Origin: Deferrisomatales bacterium
GTDB lineage: Bacteria > Desulfobacterota > Deferrisomatia > Deferrisomatales > JACRMM01
Direction of reading: 5' to 3'
NCBI GenBank assembly: GCA_033551855.1
Contig: JAWSUI010000012.1
Span: 19,440 to 83,439 of the forward strand
Length of the DNA stretch: 64,000 nt
Position 1 is the first letter of the stretch. Each line of letters begins with the position of its first letter. The notes beneath the pieces are model-generated. The model was not told the origin of the DNA, searched no databases, and was given only the letters and a program-made list of their open reading frames with translations. Shown one piece after another: positions 27,865 to 38,816 of the stretch. The position numbers and the translations under genes are program-made.

Positions 27865-29612
27865 CAGACGGCCTCCTTCTTGTCGATGTCGTACTTGCGC
27901 GGCCGGGGCGGAATGTACTGGGTGTCCACCCCCTCGTAGTCGATCCGGGGCCCCTCGGGAGTCCAGGTGGCGAGGGTCGTCTTCAGGAACCGCTGGTCGT
28001 CCCGCTCGGGGAAGTCGGGCTTGTAGTGGGCCCCGCGGCTCTCGTCCCGGAGGCGGGCCCCCAGGGTCATGGCGTGGGCGAGCTCCAGCATGTAGTAGAG
28101 CTGCCGGGTGAAGTGCAGCGACTGGTTGACCCGGCGGCCCCGGTCCGCGAGCCCCACCCGCTGCCACCGCTCCCGCAGCTCGCCGAGCTTCTCGAGGGTC
28201 TGGTCCAGCCGGGCGTTGTCCCGGACCACCGTCATGTTCTCGGTCATGGTTCGGCCGAGCTCCCGGTGCAGGCGAAAGGGGTTCTCCTCCCCCGACCGGG
28301 TCCCGATGTGCTCGAGGAGGTCGCGCTGCCGCTTCGCCTCGGCCTCCAGGTCGCCGGGCGCCCCGGGGCCGGGCCCGGCGCCCGCGTACTCCATGGCCTG
28401 CTGCGCGGCCTCCTGCCCGCCGTAAATGCAGGAGAGGAGGCTGTTGGCCCCCAGGCGGTTGGCCCCGTGGTACTGGTACTCGCACTCCCCGGCGGCGAAG
28501 AGGCCGGGCACGTTGGTCATCTGGTCGAAGTCCACCCACAGGCCGCCCATGGAGTAGTGGACCGCGGGGAACACCCGCATGGGGACCCGGGAGGGGTCCT
28601 GCCCGGTGAACTTGCGGTAGATCTCCAGGATGCCGCCCAGCTTCACTTCCAGGAAGTCCGCCGGAAGGTGGGTGAGGTCCAGGTACACCTGCATCCCTTG
28701 GTCGACCCCCAGCCCCTGGTTGACGCAGACGTCGAAGATCTCGCGGGTGGCGATGTCCCGCGGCACGAGATTCCCGTAAGCGGGGTATTTCTCCTCCAGG
28801 AAGTACCAGGGCTTTCCGTCCTTCGGCACCCAGACGCGCCCCCCCTCCCCCCGCGCCGACTCGCTCATGAGCCGCAGCTTGTCCTCTCCCGGGATCGCCG
28901 TGGGGTGCACCTGGATGAACTCGCCGTTGGCGTAGCGCACCCCCTGGGTGTAGACGCTCGCCACCGCGGCCCCGGTGTTGATCACAGAGTTCGTGGACAT
29001 CCCGAAGATGAGCCCGGGCCCCCCGGTGGCCAGGATGACCGCGCCGGCCGGGAAGGACCGCACCTCGCCGGCCACCAGATCCAGGGCCGCGACGCCGCGG
29101 CAGGCGCCGTTGCCGTCGAGGACCGCCGAGAGGAACTCCCAGCCCTCCCGCTTGGTCACCAGGCCCGCCGCCTCGTACCGCCGCACCTGCTCGTCCAGCG
29201 CGTAGAGGAGCTGCTGACCGGTGGTCGCCCCGGCGTAGGCCGTGCGGTGGTGCTTCGTGCCCCCGAAGCGCCGGAAGTCCAGGAGCCCCTCCGCCGTGCG
29301 GTTGAACATCACCCCCAGGCGGTCGAACAGGTAGATGATCCCGGGGGCGGCTTCGCACATCCGCTTGACGGGGGTCTGGTTGGCCAGGAAGTCCCCGCCG
29401 TAGACCGTGTCGTCGAAGTGCTCCCAGGGGCTGTCGCCCTCCCCCTTGGTGTTGACCGCCGCGTTGATCCCGCCCTGGGCGCAGACGGAGTGGGAGCGGC
29501 GCACCGGGACGATGCTGAGGAGGTCGACGTGGAAGTTCTGCTCCGCAGCGCGCACGGCGGCCATCAGACCCGCCAGCCCGCCCCCCACCACGACGATGTT
29601 CTTGCGGTCCAC
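27864..29612 (-). CDS. sdhA: Succinate dehydrogenase/fumarate reductase flavoprotein
   Basis: GGGLAG, RSHSVCAQGG (covalent FAD His), QVHPT, HYSMGG, HGANRLG. Confidence 0.95.
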   Translation of the reverse strand: MDRKNIVVVGGGLAGLMAAVRAAEQNFHVDLLSIVPVRRSHSVCAQGGINAAVNTKGEGDSPWEHFDDTVYGGDFLANQTPVKRMCEAAPGIIYLFDRLGVMFNRTAEGLLDFRRFGGTKHHRTAYAGATTGQQLLYALDEQVRRYEAAGLVTKREGWEFLSAVLDGNGACRGVAALDLVAGEVRSFPAGAVILATGGPGLIFGMSTNSVINTGAAVASVYTQGVRYANGEFIQVHPTAIPGEDKLRLMSESARGEGGRVWVPKDGKPWYFLEEKYPAYGNLVPRDIATREIFDVCVNQGLGVDQGMQVYLDLTHLPADFLEVKLGGILEIYRKFTGQDPSRVPMRVFPAVHYSMGGLWVDFDQMTNVPGLFAAGECEYQYHGANRLGANSLLSCIYGGQEAAQQAMEYAGAGPGPGAPGDLEAEAKRQRDLLEHIGTRSGEENPFRLHRELGRTMTENMTVVRDNARLDQTLEKLGELRERWQRVGLADRGRRVNQSLHFTRQLYYMLELAHAMTLGARLRDESRGAHYKPDFPERDDQRFLKTTLATWTPEGPRIDYEGVDTQYIPPRPRKYDIDKKEAV

Positions 29613-29627
29613 CGGTCGCCTCCTCGA

Positions 29628-30155
29628 TCAGAACAGGGACAGGGTGTAGAGCCCGTAGGCCGAGAGGAGGACGAAGGCCCCCAGGCTCAGGGCGACGAAG
29701 ACCCGCTGGCTGTGGGGGCCCACCGTGATGCCCCAGTCGATGACCGTGCCGAACAGGCCGTTGGCCAGGTGGAACACGGCGGCCAAGAGCCCTGCGTACC
29801 AGAGGGCCGCGTACCAGGAGGACAGCCCGTACGCCGCCCCGCCGAACATGTCGCCGAGGTGCAGGGGGATGAACAGGATCAGGAACAGGCCGGTGGCCCG
29901 CTGGCCGACGTACATCCAGTTCCGGGCCGAGGGGTACCGGAAGAGGTTCGGGCTGGACTCGTAGGTGATGAAGAGGCCGTAGAACCCATGGAAGACGAGG
30001 GGGACATACAGGAACAGGAGCTTGAAGGCCGGGCTCCCGTACACGGTCTCCCCCTGCACGTGGAGAAACAAGAAGTACCCCAGGAAGAGAAAGCCGGTGA
30101 GGCTGTGCAGCTTTCGGAGCCAGAACTGGGTGCAGCAGACCCGATTGCCCGACAT
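29628..30155 (-). CDS. sdhC: Succinate dehydrogenase diheme cytochrome b subunit (Bacillus b558 type)
   Basis: RKLHSLTG, PLVFHG, RNWMY..QR.TG, FHLANGL; four TM histidines. Confidence 0.9.
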   Translation of the reverse strand: MSGNRVCCTQFWLRKLHSLTGFLFLGYFLFLHVQGETVYGSPAFKLLFLYVPLVFHGFYGLFITYESSPNLFRYPSARNWMYVGQRATGLFLILFIPLHLGDMFGGAAYGLSSWYAALWYAGLLAAVFHLANGLFGTVIDWGITVGPHSQRVFVALSLGAFVLLSAYGLYTLSLF

Positions 30156-30233
30156 CCCCGCCCTCCTCTCCCGCCGCCGATACCCCGGTCCGCCGCGGCA
30201 GTGTAGCATCCTCCGAGGGGTCGCACCAACGGG

Positions 30234-30398
30234 GAGCGCGGCCTGGATCCACCACCCGGCACGTGCTCGGGGTCGGGGAGCCCCTCCGCTTCGCCCCGCA
30301 ATCCGCGATATCCGGACGAGGTGTTGGCGAGGAAACGGGTCCGCCCGACTTCACCCGGTTCCGGGGGCTTCGGCCCATCGGTCGAGGCGCTACGGGGC
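30234..30398. mobile_element. MITE-like repeat family A, copy 2
   Basis: GATCCACC...TTCGCCCCGCAATCCGCG core; ends resemble the other copies. Confidence 0.65.
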
Positions 30399-30559
30399 TG
30401 CGGTCCTCGAGCGGCCGTCCCCCTGCGCCGTCGGACCCGCCCGGCCGCCCTCGGGTGCGGCAACCCGTGCTTCCCCGGAAGGGCCGGAAACGAGAGAGCG
30501 CCCCCCGGAGGAAGGGCGCCCTGGTCCTCTGCGTTCCACTCCGGGTGGCGAGATCGGGG

Positions 30560-31063
30560 TCAGGGATCGCCTGCGTGACGGTCCGCCACCTCTTCCAGAA
30601 GGGCCTCCGCCCGCTCCACCTGGGCCGCCAGCTCCGGGGGCAGGCCCCTTCGCAGGGCCTCGAGCTCCGCTCGGGCCCGCAAGAGTGCGCCTCGGGTCTG
30701 CAGTGCCTCGAGCCTCTCCGTGCGGTCCAGACCCGCCGCCACCCGGGCCTCCAGCGCCCCCAGATCCCGGCGGACCTGCCAGGTGACCAGCCCTCCCCCC
30801 CACGCGAGGAGGAGCACCAGCACGAGGGCCACGAGCCCGAAGGGGAAGGGCCGGTCGCTCGGCTTGGGGGCGGCGGCGCCGGTCGCCGGGGTGGAGGCGG
30901 CCGCCGCCACGGTGCGCTGCTCGTCTTCCAGGGCGGCGGCGTCCTCGGCGGTCAGAAAGCTCCCCTCACCCGCCTCGGGCCCCGGCCCTTCCGGCCCCTG
31001 CGACCCCTCCCCGCCCGGGGGAACGGCAGGGCCCTCGCCTTCCTTCCCGACCTCGCGATCCAT
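30560..31063 (-). CDS. Hypothetical single-TM coiled-coil protein
   Basis: Acidic disordered N-terminus, one TM helix, coiled coil; GAGG RBS. Confidence 0.55.
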   Translation of the reverse strand: MDREVGKEGEGPAVPPGGEGSQGPEGPGPEAGEGSFLTAEDAAALEDEQRTVAAAASTPATGAAAPKPSDRPFPFGLVALVLVLLLAWGGGLVTWQVRRDLGALEARVAAGLDRTERLEALQTRGALLRARAELEALRRGLPPELAAQVERAEALLEEVADRHAGDP

Positions 31064-31107
31064 GGCCTCTCCTCTCTCGGGGGCCGCGCCCCCACCCGGG
31101 GGCAGCC

Positions 31108-31689
31108 TCACACGGCCGGGCTCCAGATCACCGCGAGCACTTGGGCGGGCTCCCCCCCATGGCACGACACCCGGTGGGGGACCGAGGCGTCGTAGAGGAT
31201 GCTGTCACCGGGCTCGAGGATGTCTTGGTGCCCCCCGAGGCGGACCTCCATGCGCCCGGAGAGGACGAAGAGGAACTCCTCACCCTCGTGGACCGAGGGC
31301 TGGAGCTCCTTCACGGTGGGAGGCTCGAGGGTGATCAGGAAGGGCTCCACGTGGCGTGCCTTCTTCCCGGAGCCGAGGGACTCGTAGACGTAACCGTAGG
31401 CGACGCCCTCCTTCGAGGCGAACCGGGAGACCCGCCGACGCTCCCCCTTGCGCACGATGGCGTAGGGCTCACCCGCCTTCTCCCCCCACAGGTCCCCGAT
31501 GCGCACCCCCAGGGCCTGGGCGATCTTGCCGAGGGCCCCCAGGGGAGGGCTCATCAGGTGGTTCTCGATCTGGTTCATGAGCGCGGAAGAGTACCCCGTG
31601 CGCTCCGCGAGCTGCTGCAGGCTGAGCCCTGTCTGCTCGCGAACCTCCTTGATCCGCTCTCCGACCCGGATGAGATCGGTCTCGCTCAT
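31108..31689 (-). CDS. XRE-family HTH regulator with cupin domain
   Basis: GERIKEVRE...LSLQQLAERTG HTH; HEGEEFLFVLSG...PH cupin. Confidence 0.92.
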   Translation of the reverse strand: MSETDLIRVGERIKEVREQTGLSLQQLAERTGYSSALMNQIENHLMSPPLGALGKIAQALGVRIGDLWGEKAGEPYAIVRKGERRRVSRFASKEGVAYGYVYESLGSGKKARHVEPFLITLEPPTVKELQPSVHEGEEFLFVLSGRMEVRLGGHQDILEPGDSILYDASVPHRVSCHGGEPAQVLAVIWSPAV

Positions 31690-31702
31690 CGTCCCCTCCT
31701 GA

Positions 31703-31863
31703 GGGCCCGTCCAGAAATAACTGATTCAGTTGCGGCGTCGGTGCATCCCGCCTGACTGCGTTGCTCGTCGATTACATACCACAGCGGGTATGCGCCCTCC
31801 TCGCGCCTTGTCAGCCGGGCGCCTCGCCACCGCTCTTTGGACCACTTATCTCTGGACGGACCC
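31703..31863 (+). mobile_element. MITE family E, intact copy (161 bp)
   Basis: TIRs GGGCCCGTCCAGAAATAA / TTATCTCTGGACGGACCC flanked by TGA; second copy at 51249-51625. Confidence 0.85.
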
Positions 31864-31968
31864 TGAGGGCCCGCACAAGCCCCGCCCCTGCCCCTCCGCA
31901 CCGGTTCCCCGAGCAGGGCAGGGACGACGTTTCCCTGCCGCCGGCGCCCCCTTCCCTCGCTGCGGCGG

Positions 31969-32535
31969 TCAGGCCGCGGAACCCGCCCGCCCGCCGGCGG
32001 CCGCCCACTCGGCCCCGACCTCCAGGGCCCGGAGGTTCGAGGGGATCAGTTTGTGGTGCTTCTCGGGAAGGACCTCCGGGAGCGCCTCTTGGAGGTGCTC
32101 GAACCCTACCACCCGGGTGGCCCCCACGTAAGCCCCCAGGGCCACCATGCTCGCCAGGCGGCCGTCGCCGAGTTCGAGCGCCGCCTCGTTGCACGGGACC
32201 CGGAGCACCCGGATGTCCTCCCGGGGGACCGCCCCGGCCGAGATCAGCGACGCGTTCACCACCGCCACCCCCCCCGGGCGCACCCGCGGCCCGAACTTGA
32301 CGGCCGAGGGCTCGTTCATGGCTATGAGGCCCAGGGGGGTCTGGGTCACCGGGCTGCCGATCTCCTGGCTCGCCAGGGTCACGGTGCAGTTTGCCGTGCC
32401 TCCCCGCATCTCGACCCCGTAGGACGGGAAGTAGGTCGCCCGCAGGCCCTTGCGCAGCCCCGCGACCGCCAGGAGATTTCCGATCATCAGGATTCCCTGG
32501 CCCCCGAAACCGGCCAGGATCGTGTCGTGGTGCAT
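31969..32535 (-). CDS. 2-oxoacid:ferredoxin oxidoreductase gamma subunit
   Basis: AGFGGQG, PSYGVEMRGGTANC. Confidence 0.92.
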   Translation of the reverse strand: MHHDTILAGFGGQGILMIGNLLAVAGLRKGLRATYFPSYGVEMRGGTANCTVTLASQEIGSPVTQTPLGLIAMNEPSAVKFGPRVRPGGVAVVNASLISAGAVPREDIRVLRVPCNEAALELGDGRLASMVALGAYVGATRVVGFEHLQEALPEVLPEKHHKLIPSNLRALEVGAEWAAAGGRAGSAA

Positions 32536-32609
32536 CGGTGCTCCGCCGTGTCGAGCCCTCGGCCCCGGGAGCCCCCCCTCGGGCGGGGCTGGGGGGCGAG
32601 GGGGGCCCA

Positions 32610-33362
32610 CTACAGAAAATCGGTTCCCGTGCGCTCCTTGAAGACCCCCAAGGGGAAGTAGGGGATCATCTCCTTACGGATGTGCTCCACCGCCGCCAAG
32701 GGGGACACCCCCCAATTGGTGGGGCAGCTCGAGAGGACCTCGACGAAGCCCATCCCCCGCCGCTCGAGCTGGGTCTCGAAGGCCTTGAAGATGGCCTTTC
32801 GCGCCTGATTGTGGTGAGCCGGCGTGTCGACCGAGACCCGGGCCGCGAACCCCACCCCCTCGAGCTGCGCCAGCATCTCCGTCATCTTGATCGGGTAGCC
32901 GTCCTGGGCGAAATCCCGGCCGTAGGGGCTCGTGGTGGTGCGCTGGCCGAGGGTGGTCGTGGGCGCCATCTGCCCCCCGGTCATCCCGTAGATCCCGTTG
33001 TTGACGAAGACCGTGGTGAGGTTCTCACCCCGGTTGGCTGCGTGGATGCTCTCGGCCGTGCCGATGGCCGCGAAGTCACCGTCTCCCTGGTAGAGCAGGA
33101 CGAACTTGTCCGGGTTCGCCCGCTTGATCCCGGTGGCGACCGCCTGGGCACGGCCGTGGGGCGCCTCCACCACGTCGATGTCGAAGTAGTCGTACAGGAA
33201 GACGCTGCACCCCACGCACGCCGCCCCGATGGTCTTCTCCCGCACCCCGAAGTGGTCGATCGCCTCCGCCACGAGCCGGTGGATCACCCCGTGGTGGCAA
33301 CCGGGGCAGAAGTGGAAGGGCTTCTCCGTGAGGCTCTTGGGCCTCGTGAAGACGGGCTTCAT
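32610..33362 (-). CDS. 2-oxoacid:ferredoxin oxidoreductase beta (TPP-binding) subunit
   Basis: [30 protein letters not shown]. Confidence 0.92.
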   Translation of the reverse strand: MKPVFTRPKSLTEKPFHFCPGCHHGVIHRLVAEAIDHFGVREKTIGAACVGCSVFLYDYFDIDVVEAPHGRAQAVATGIKRANPDKFVLLYQGDGDFAAIGTAESIHAANRGENLTTVFVNNGIYGMTGGQMAPTTTLGQRTTTSPYGRDFAQDGYPIKMTEMLAQLEGVGFAARVSVDTPAHHNQARKAIFKAFETQLERRGMGFVEVLSSCPTNWGVSPLAAVEHIRKEMIPYFPLGVFKERTGTDFL

Positions 33363-34426
33363 GCGCGTTTCTCCTGGGGGTCCAGCCGCCGGACGATCTC
33401 CTCGTACACGTCGTCGGGGCTCGGCAGGTACCCGGGTGGATACCCGGCAAAGGAGACGGGGGCGCGCCCCTCCACCGCCAGCCGCACGTCCTCGACCATC
33501 TGGCCGGTGTTGAGCTCGACCACCAGCAGGGGCACGCCGTCGCCCGCCACCCTCCGCACGTGTTCGGTGGGGAAGGGCCACAGGGTGATCGGGCGGACCA
33601 GCCCCACCCGGCGCCCCTCTTCGTTCGCGCGGTCCACGGCGCTCTTGGCGATCCGTGCGGCCGAGCCGAAGGCCACCACGGCGAGCTCGCACCCCGAGGG
33701 CACCTCGAGGTGGGCCCGGGCCTCCTTGGCCTGTATCTCGGCGTACTTGCGGGACAGGTGCCAGTTGTGGTCGGCGAGCTCGCCGTCGCCGAGGTACAGG
33801 GACTTGATCTTCCGGGCGGGCCGCCCCGCGGCGCCCGTGAGCGCCCAGCCTTCCTTGCCGAAGTCCTTGTGCTCCGGTGCCCACTCCTCGAGCTGCTCCT
33901 TCATCTGGGCGAGCATGGCGTCGGCCAGGAGCACCACCGGGTTCCGGTACTGGTCCGCGAGGTCGAAGGCGAGCACCGTGAGATCGTACATCTCCTGCAC
34001 CGAGGCCGGCGCCAAGACCACCGTGCGGTAGTCGCCGTGCCCACCCCCGCGGGTGGCCTGGAAGTAGTCCCCCTGGCTGGGGGAGATTCCGCCCAGCCCC
34101 GGACCGGAGCGCTGCACGTTCACCACGACGGCCGGCACCTCGCTGCCCGCGAGGTAGCTCAGGCCCTCCTGCATGAGGCTGATGCCCGGGCTGGACGAGC
34201 TGGTCATGCAGCGCTTGCCGGTGGCACCGGTGCCCAGGAGCATGTTGATGGAGCCGATCTCGCTCTCTGCCTGTACGAACTGGCCGCCCAGCGCCGGGAG
34301 CACCTGGCTCAGGTACTCCGGGATCTCGTTCTGGGGCGTGATGGGGTAGCCGAAGTAGTAGCGGCAGCCCGCCGCCACGGCGGCCTTCGCCACTGCCACG
34401 TTGCCCCGCTCGAAGGCCTTCTTCAC
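33359..34426 (-). CDS. vorB: 2-oxoacid:ferredoxin oxidoreductase alpha subunit (VorB-like)
   Basis: [33 protein letters not shown]. Confidence 0.88.
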   Translation of the reverse strand: MKKAFERGNVAVAKAAVAAGCRYYFGYPITPQNEIPEYLSQVLPALGGQFVQAESEIGSINMLLGTGATGKRCMTSSSSPGISLMQEGLSYLAGSEVPAVVVNVQRSGPGLGGISPSQGDYFQATRGGGHGDYRTVVLAPASVQEMYDLTVLAFDLADQYRNPVVLLADAMLAQMKEQLEEWAPEHKDFGKEGWALTGAAGRPARKIKSLYLGDGELADHNWHLSRKYAEIQAKEARAHLEVPSGCELAVVAFGSAARIAKSAVDRANEEGRRVGLVRPITLWPFPTEHVRRVAGDGVPLLVVELNTGQMVEDVRLAVEGRAPVSFAGYPPGYLPSPDDVYEEIVRRLDPQEKRA

Positions 34427-34435
34427 CGCCTCACC

Positions 34436-34639
34436 TCACTTCCACACTTCGATCACCACGTCCGGGCACATGCGGGCGCAGATGGCGCAGCCGGTGCACT
34501 CGGCGTCGGGCTTGAGGCCGGCGGGGCGGTATCCCTGGGGGTTCAGGCGCTCCGAGATCTCGAGGCACCCCCGCGGGCAGTACTCGACGCACAGAGCACA
34601 ACTCTTGCAACGTTCTTCCCGAAATTCAAGCCTGGGCAT
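34436..34639 (-). CDS. 2x[4Fe-4S] ferredoxin (delta subunit)
   Basis: CKSCALCVEYCP and CTGCAICARMCP. Confidence 0.92.
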   Translation of the reverse strand: MPRLEFREERCKSCALCVEYCPRGCLEISERLNPQGYRPAGLKPDAECTGCAICARMCPDVVIEVWK

Positions 34640-34883
34640 CGGGCCGTGACCTCCCGCGAAAAGGCGCAAGTGAGAAACGCTACCAGCCCGCTCCGAAGCT
34701 TGTCAACCGGCACTTCGGGCCTGGAATCGGCCCTTCCGGCAACTCGGTGGATCAATCAAGGGCAAGAACGATCTCGCGCAGAGCCGCGTGGGCGCGGAGG
34801 AGTTCTTTGGGCTCTCTTCCGGACCGTGTGGGTAGTCCCGCTGTATCGGCTTTGGTTGCGAAGCCGGCCGAGGGCCGGCGGCA

Positions 34884-34941
34884 GGGTCCATCGCCGAGAT
34901 CGGGGGCCCGATGGAAACCCACACAGATCGAAACAGAACCA
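34884..34941. repeat. Dispersed repeat family D, copy 2
   Basis: Reverse complement of 20669-20726; enclosed by an inverted repeat at 34772-34787 / 34958-34973 (14/16 match). Confidence 0.8.
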
Positions 34942-35126
34942 TTCTTTGTCTTTCCCGGCGCCTCTGCGCAAGAACACGATGGTTCCTCGCACCCACGAAA
35001 AACCCGGAAGCTCCCCGGAATCGGCCGCCCGTCCGTCCGAAAATCCGGTGGTGGATCTGCGCGGGCGGCACGACGGTCACCGCGGGTGTCCGGCTCCCCG
35101 GCGAGCCCGAGTCCTCCGGGGGGGCG

Positions 35127-35672
35127 TCACGGGAACACCTCGGCGGCGGCCAGGCGGGGGGCCGCGCTGTCCTTGGGGGAGAGGATCGGCTCCCCCTCCA
35201 GCGGCCACCCCACCGCGAGATCGGGGTCGTCCCAGCGCACGGTCCGCTCCCATCGCGGAGCGTAGTAGTCCGTGGCCTTGTAGAGGACCTCTGCGGCCTC
35301 GGAGAGGACGAGGAACCCGTGGGCGAAGCCCTCGGGGATCCACAACTGGCGCTTGTTCTCGGCGGAGAGCCGGAAGCCCTCCCACTTCCCGAACGAGGGA
35401 GAGCTCCGCCGCAGGTCCACGGCGACGTCGAAGACCTCGCCCGCCGTCACCCGGACCAGCTTCCCCTGGGTCTGGCGGACCTGGTAGTGGAGGCCCCGCA
35501 GCACACCCCGGGACGAGCGGGAATGGTTGTCCTGCACGAACCGGGTTCGAAGCCCCGTCGCGTCCTCCCAGGTCCTCTGGTTGAAGCTCTCGAAGAAGAA
35601 CCCCCGCGCGTCGCCGAAGACGCGGGGCTCGACGAGGAGGACGCCGGGCAGGGTCGTGGGAAGGATGGTCAT
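35127..35672 (-). CDS. rfbC: dTDP-4-dehydrorhamnose 3,5-epimerase
   Basis: FGDARGFF, VQDNHS, GVLRGLHYQ, GFAHGF. Confidence 0.95.
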   Translation of the reverse strand: MTILPTTLPGVLLVEPRVFGDARGFFFESFNQRTWEDATGLRTRFVQDNHSRSSRGVLRGLHYQVRQTQGKLVRVTAGEVFDVAVDLRRSSPSFGKWEGFRLSAENKRQLWIPEGFAHGFLVLSEAAEVLYKATDYYAPRWERTVRWDDPDLAVGWPLEGEPILSPKDSAAPRLAAAEVFP

Positions 35673-35700
35673 CGTGAAGACCTGGGCGAACAGGGCTCGT

Positions 35701-36591
35701 TCACCCACTTCCTCCCTGTTCGTCCCCCTCCCCCAACACCCTCTCCAAGTACTGCCGATAGCCCGAACGCGGGGTGTCCGCGATGAGGCGCTGCATCTGC
35801 GCGCCGTCGATGAAGCCCAGGCGCCAGGCGATCTCCTCCAGGCAGGCGATCTTGAGGCCCTGGCGGGCCTCGAGGGTCCCGATGAAGTGGCTCGCCTCGA
35901 GCAGGCTCATGTGGGTACCGGTGTCGAGCCAGGCGATCCCGCGGCCCAGCCTCTCGACCTGGAGCTCCCCACGGCGCAGGTACTCCAGGTTCAGATCGGT
36001 GATCTCGAGCTCTCCCCGCCGGGACGGCCTCAGGGCCCTGGCGATCTCCACCACCTTGCGGTCGTAGAGATAGAGGCCGGGCACGGCGTAGTGGGACTTG
36101 GGCCTGGCGGGCTTCTCCTCGATGCTCAGCACCCGGCCGTCCCTGTCGAACTCCACCACGCCGTAGCGCTCCGGGTCGGTGACCGGGTACCCGAAAATCC
36201 GGGCCCCGGCGTCGAACTGCCGGACGATCCGGTCCAGGCCCAGCTTCCCGTAGAACAGGTTGTCCCCCAGGATCAGGCAGGCCGGCCCGCCGGCCAGGAA
36301 CTCCTCGCCGATCAGGAAGGCCTGGGCGATGCCCTTGGGCTCGGGCTGCACCGCGTAGCGGAAGCGTACCCCCAGCCGTGCCCCGTCCCCCAGCAGGTCC
36401 TGGAAGCGGGGCGTGTCGTGGGGGGTCGAGATGATGAGGAGGTCTCGAATCCCTGCCGTCATCAGCGTGGCGATCGGGTAGTAGATGAGGGGTTTGTCGT
36501 ACACGGGCTGGAGCTGTTTGCTGGCCACCAACGTCAAGGGGTAGAGCCTGCTGCCGGCCCCGCCGGCGAGAATGATGCCTTTCTCGATCAT
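35701..36591 (-). CDS. rfbA: Glucose-1-phosphate thymidylyltransferase
   Basis: GIILAGG, SKQL, YDKP, LGDN, EKP, RGELEIT, WLDTG. Confidence 0.96.
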   Translation of the reverse strand: MIEKGIILAGGAGSRLYPLTLVASKQLQPVYDKPLIYYPIATLMTAGIRDLLIISTPHDTPRFQDLLGDGARLGVRFRYAVQPEPKGIAQAFLIGEEFLAGGPACLILGDNLFYGKLGLDRIVRQFDAGARIFGYPVTDPERYGVVEFDRDGRVLSIEEKPARPKSHYAVPGLYLYDRKVVEIARALRPSRRGELEITDLNLEYLRRGELQVERLGRGIAWLDTGTHMSLLEASHFIGTLEARQGLKIACLEEIAWRLGFIDGAQMQRLIADTPRSGYRQYLERVLGEGDEQGGSG

Positions 36592-36696
36592 GGGTGCCCT
36601 CGGTCTTCGGTGCAGGTGGACGGGGAGGAAACCAGGGGCCACGGGGTGCGGTGGCCCGCGGCTGGGGGGCGCTCCAGGCCCTCGGGTGGCGGAGGC

Positions 36697-37602
36697 TTAC
36701 GACTTTCGCGACTCGAAGTAGCGGGTCAGTCCGTCCTTCCAGTGGGGCACCGGCTGCCCCGTCGCCGTGATGTACTTCTGCTTGGACAGGATCGAGTACG
36801 GCGGCCGGCGTGCCGGGGTGGGATACTCTGCCGTCGAGATCGGCAGGACGGCCCGTGCCCTCACCGGGCCCCGCTCCCGAAGGCGGGCCGTGATCTCGAG
36901 GGCGAAGCCGTGCCAACTGCAACTCCCCTCGTTGGAGAAGTGGTAGATCCCGTAGGGAGGTGCCCGGTTGCCGGTGCCGGGGGAGGTCGGGACGAGGGCG
37001 AGCAGGGTGACGAGGGCCCGCGCCAGGTCCTCGGTGTAGGTGGGACACCCCACCTGGTCCGCCACCACCCGCAGCTCCTCCCGCTCTCCGGCGAGCCGGG
37101 CGATGGTTTCCACGAAGTTCTTCCCCCCGGGCCCGTAGAGCCAGCTCGTGCGCACGACGAAGCAGCGGGAGTGGCCGCTTGCGAGCACCCGCTGCTCGCC
37201 CAGGAGCTTGGAGCGGCCGTAGGCGCCGAGCGGGCTCGGGGGGTCGTCCTCGACGTAGGGCTCGTTCTTGGTCCCGTCGAAGACGTAGTCGGTGGAGAGA
37301 TGGACCAGGACGGCGTCGAGCCTCCGGGCGGCCTCGGCCAGATGGCCCGGGCCCTCGCCGTTCACCCGGTTGGCCAGGTCTTCACGGGCCTCGCAGCCGT
37401 CCACGTCGGTGTACGCCGCGCAGTTCACGATGACCTCGGGCCCGAGCCCCTCCAGGGTGCGCAGCACCCCGTCCCGGTCCGCGAGGTCGAGCTCCGGCAG
37501 GTCGTACCCCACCACCCGCCACCCGGCGGGCACCCCCCGGGCCACGGCCCCGGCCAGCATCCCCTTGGCGCCGATCAGGGCCAAGGTCGGGTGACCCGTC
37601 AC
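36697..37602 (-). CDS. rfbD: dTDP-4-dehydrorhamnose reductase
   Basis: GAKGMLA, AAYTDVD, STDYVFDG, YGRSK. Confidence 0.95.
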   Translation of the reverse strand: MTGHPTLALIGAKGMLAGAVARGVPAGWRVVGYDLPELDLADRDGVLRTLEGLGPEVIVNCAAYTDVDGCEAREDLANRVNGEGPGHLAEAARRLDAVLVHLSTDYVFDGTKNEPYVEDDPPSPLGAYGRSKLLGEQRVLASGHSRCFVVRTSWLYGPGGKNFVETIARLAGEREELRVVADQVGCPTYTEDLARALVTLLALVPTSPGTGNRAPPYGIYHFSNEGSCSWHGFALEITARLRERGPVRARAVLPISTAEYPTPARRPPYSILSKQKYITATGQPVPHWKDGLTRYFESRKS

Positions 37603-37605
37603 GCC

Positions 37606-38706
37606 TCACCTCCCTTGGTACATCCTCGCGTAATACTCCCGGTAGGAGCCGTCCATGACCGAGCCCAGCCATTCCCCATGGGCCAAGTACCAGTCGACGG
37701 TGCGCGCGATGCCCTGCTCGAAGGTCACCGACGGCCGCCAACCGAGCTCGGTCTTGATCTTCGTGGCGTCGATCGCGTAACGGCGGTCGTGGCCGGGCCG
37801 GTCCTTCACGAACCGGATCAGCGACCGGCGCTCCTCCCCCCCAGGGAGGGGACCCAGCCGCTCCTCCACCAGGTCGCACACGGTCCGGACGATCTCGATG
37901 TTGGGCCGCTCGTTGTCACCCCCGATGTTGTAGGTCTCCCCGGGCCGCCCCCTCTCCAGGACCGTCAGGAGGGCCGCGCAGTGGTCCTCCACGTAGAGCC
38001 AGTCGCGCACGTTGCGCCCGTCGCCGTAGACCGGAAGCTCCTTCCCGCCCGCCGCGTTGTGGATCATGAGGGGGATGAGCTTCTCCGGGAACTGGTAGGG
38101 GCCGTAGTTGTTGGAGCAGTTCGTCACGACCGCCGGCAGGTCGTAGGTGTGGTGGTACGCCCGCACCAGATGGTCGGACGACGCCTTGCTCGCGGAGTAG
38201 GGCGAGCGGGGGTCGTAGGGGGTGTTCTCGGTGAAGTACCCCGTCTCCCCCAGGGAGCCGTACACTTCGTCGGTGGAGACGTGGAGGAAGCAGCGACGCG
38301 CGGCCGGCGGCCGGCGGCCGGCGGAGGCGTCGAGCCAGGCGGTGCGCGCGGCCTCGAGGAGCGCGAAGGTGCCCGTGACGTTGCTGCGGATGAACTCGGC
38401 CGGCCCCTCGATGCTTCGGTCCACGTGGGACTCGGCCGCGAAGTGGACGACCGCGTCGAACCCCTCCTCGGCGAAGAGCCGGCCCACGAGCTCCCCGTCG
38501 CAGATGTCGCCCCGCACGAACCGATACCGGGGGTCCCCGGCCACGTCCGCCAGGTTCTCGGGGTTTCCGGCGTAGGTGAGCGCGTCCAGGTTCACGAGGC
38601 GGCAGCCGGGCAGCGCCTGCAGGGCCAGGCGCACGAAGTTGCTCCCGATGAAGCCGCACCCGCCGGTCACGAGGAGGCGGGGGGGGGTCGGTTCCGGCAT
38701 GGGCAT
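37606..38706 (-). CDS. rfbB: dTDP-glucose 4,6-dehydratase
   Basis: [36 protein letters not shown]. Confidence 0.96.
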   Translation of the reverse strand: MPMPEPTPPRLLVTGGCGFIGSNFVRLALQALPGCRLVNLDALTYAGNPENLADVAGDPRYRFVRGDICDGELVGRLFAEEGFDAVVHFAAESHVDRSIEGPAEFIRSNVTGTFALLEAARTAWLDASAGRRPPAARRCFLHVSTDEVYGSLGETGYFTENTPYDPRSPYSASKASSDHLVRAYHHTYDLPAVVTNCSNNYGPYQFPEKLIPLMIHNAAGGKELPVYGDGRNVRDWLYVEDHCAALLTVLERGRPGETYNIGGDNERPNIEIVRTVCDLVEERLGPLPGGEERRSLIRFVKDRPGHDRRYAIDATKIKTELGWRPSVTFEQGIARTVDWYLAHGEWLGSVMDGSYREYYARMYQGR

Positions 38707-38816
38707 GCCTCCGGGGAAAGGGGGACGTGGGCCGTCCCCGGCGTGTATAGCAGCTGGCTGCCGGGGCCCGCAAGGACGTCGCCGCTTGCGGCAACCCGGC
38801 ATTCCCCCGAAGGGTC

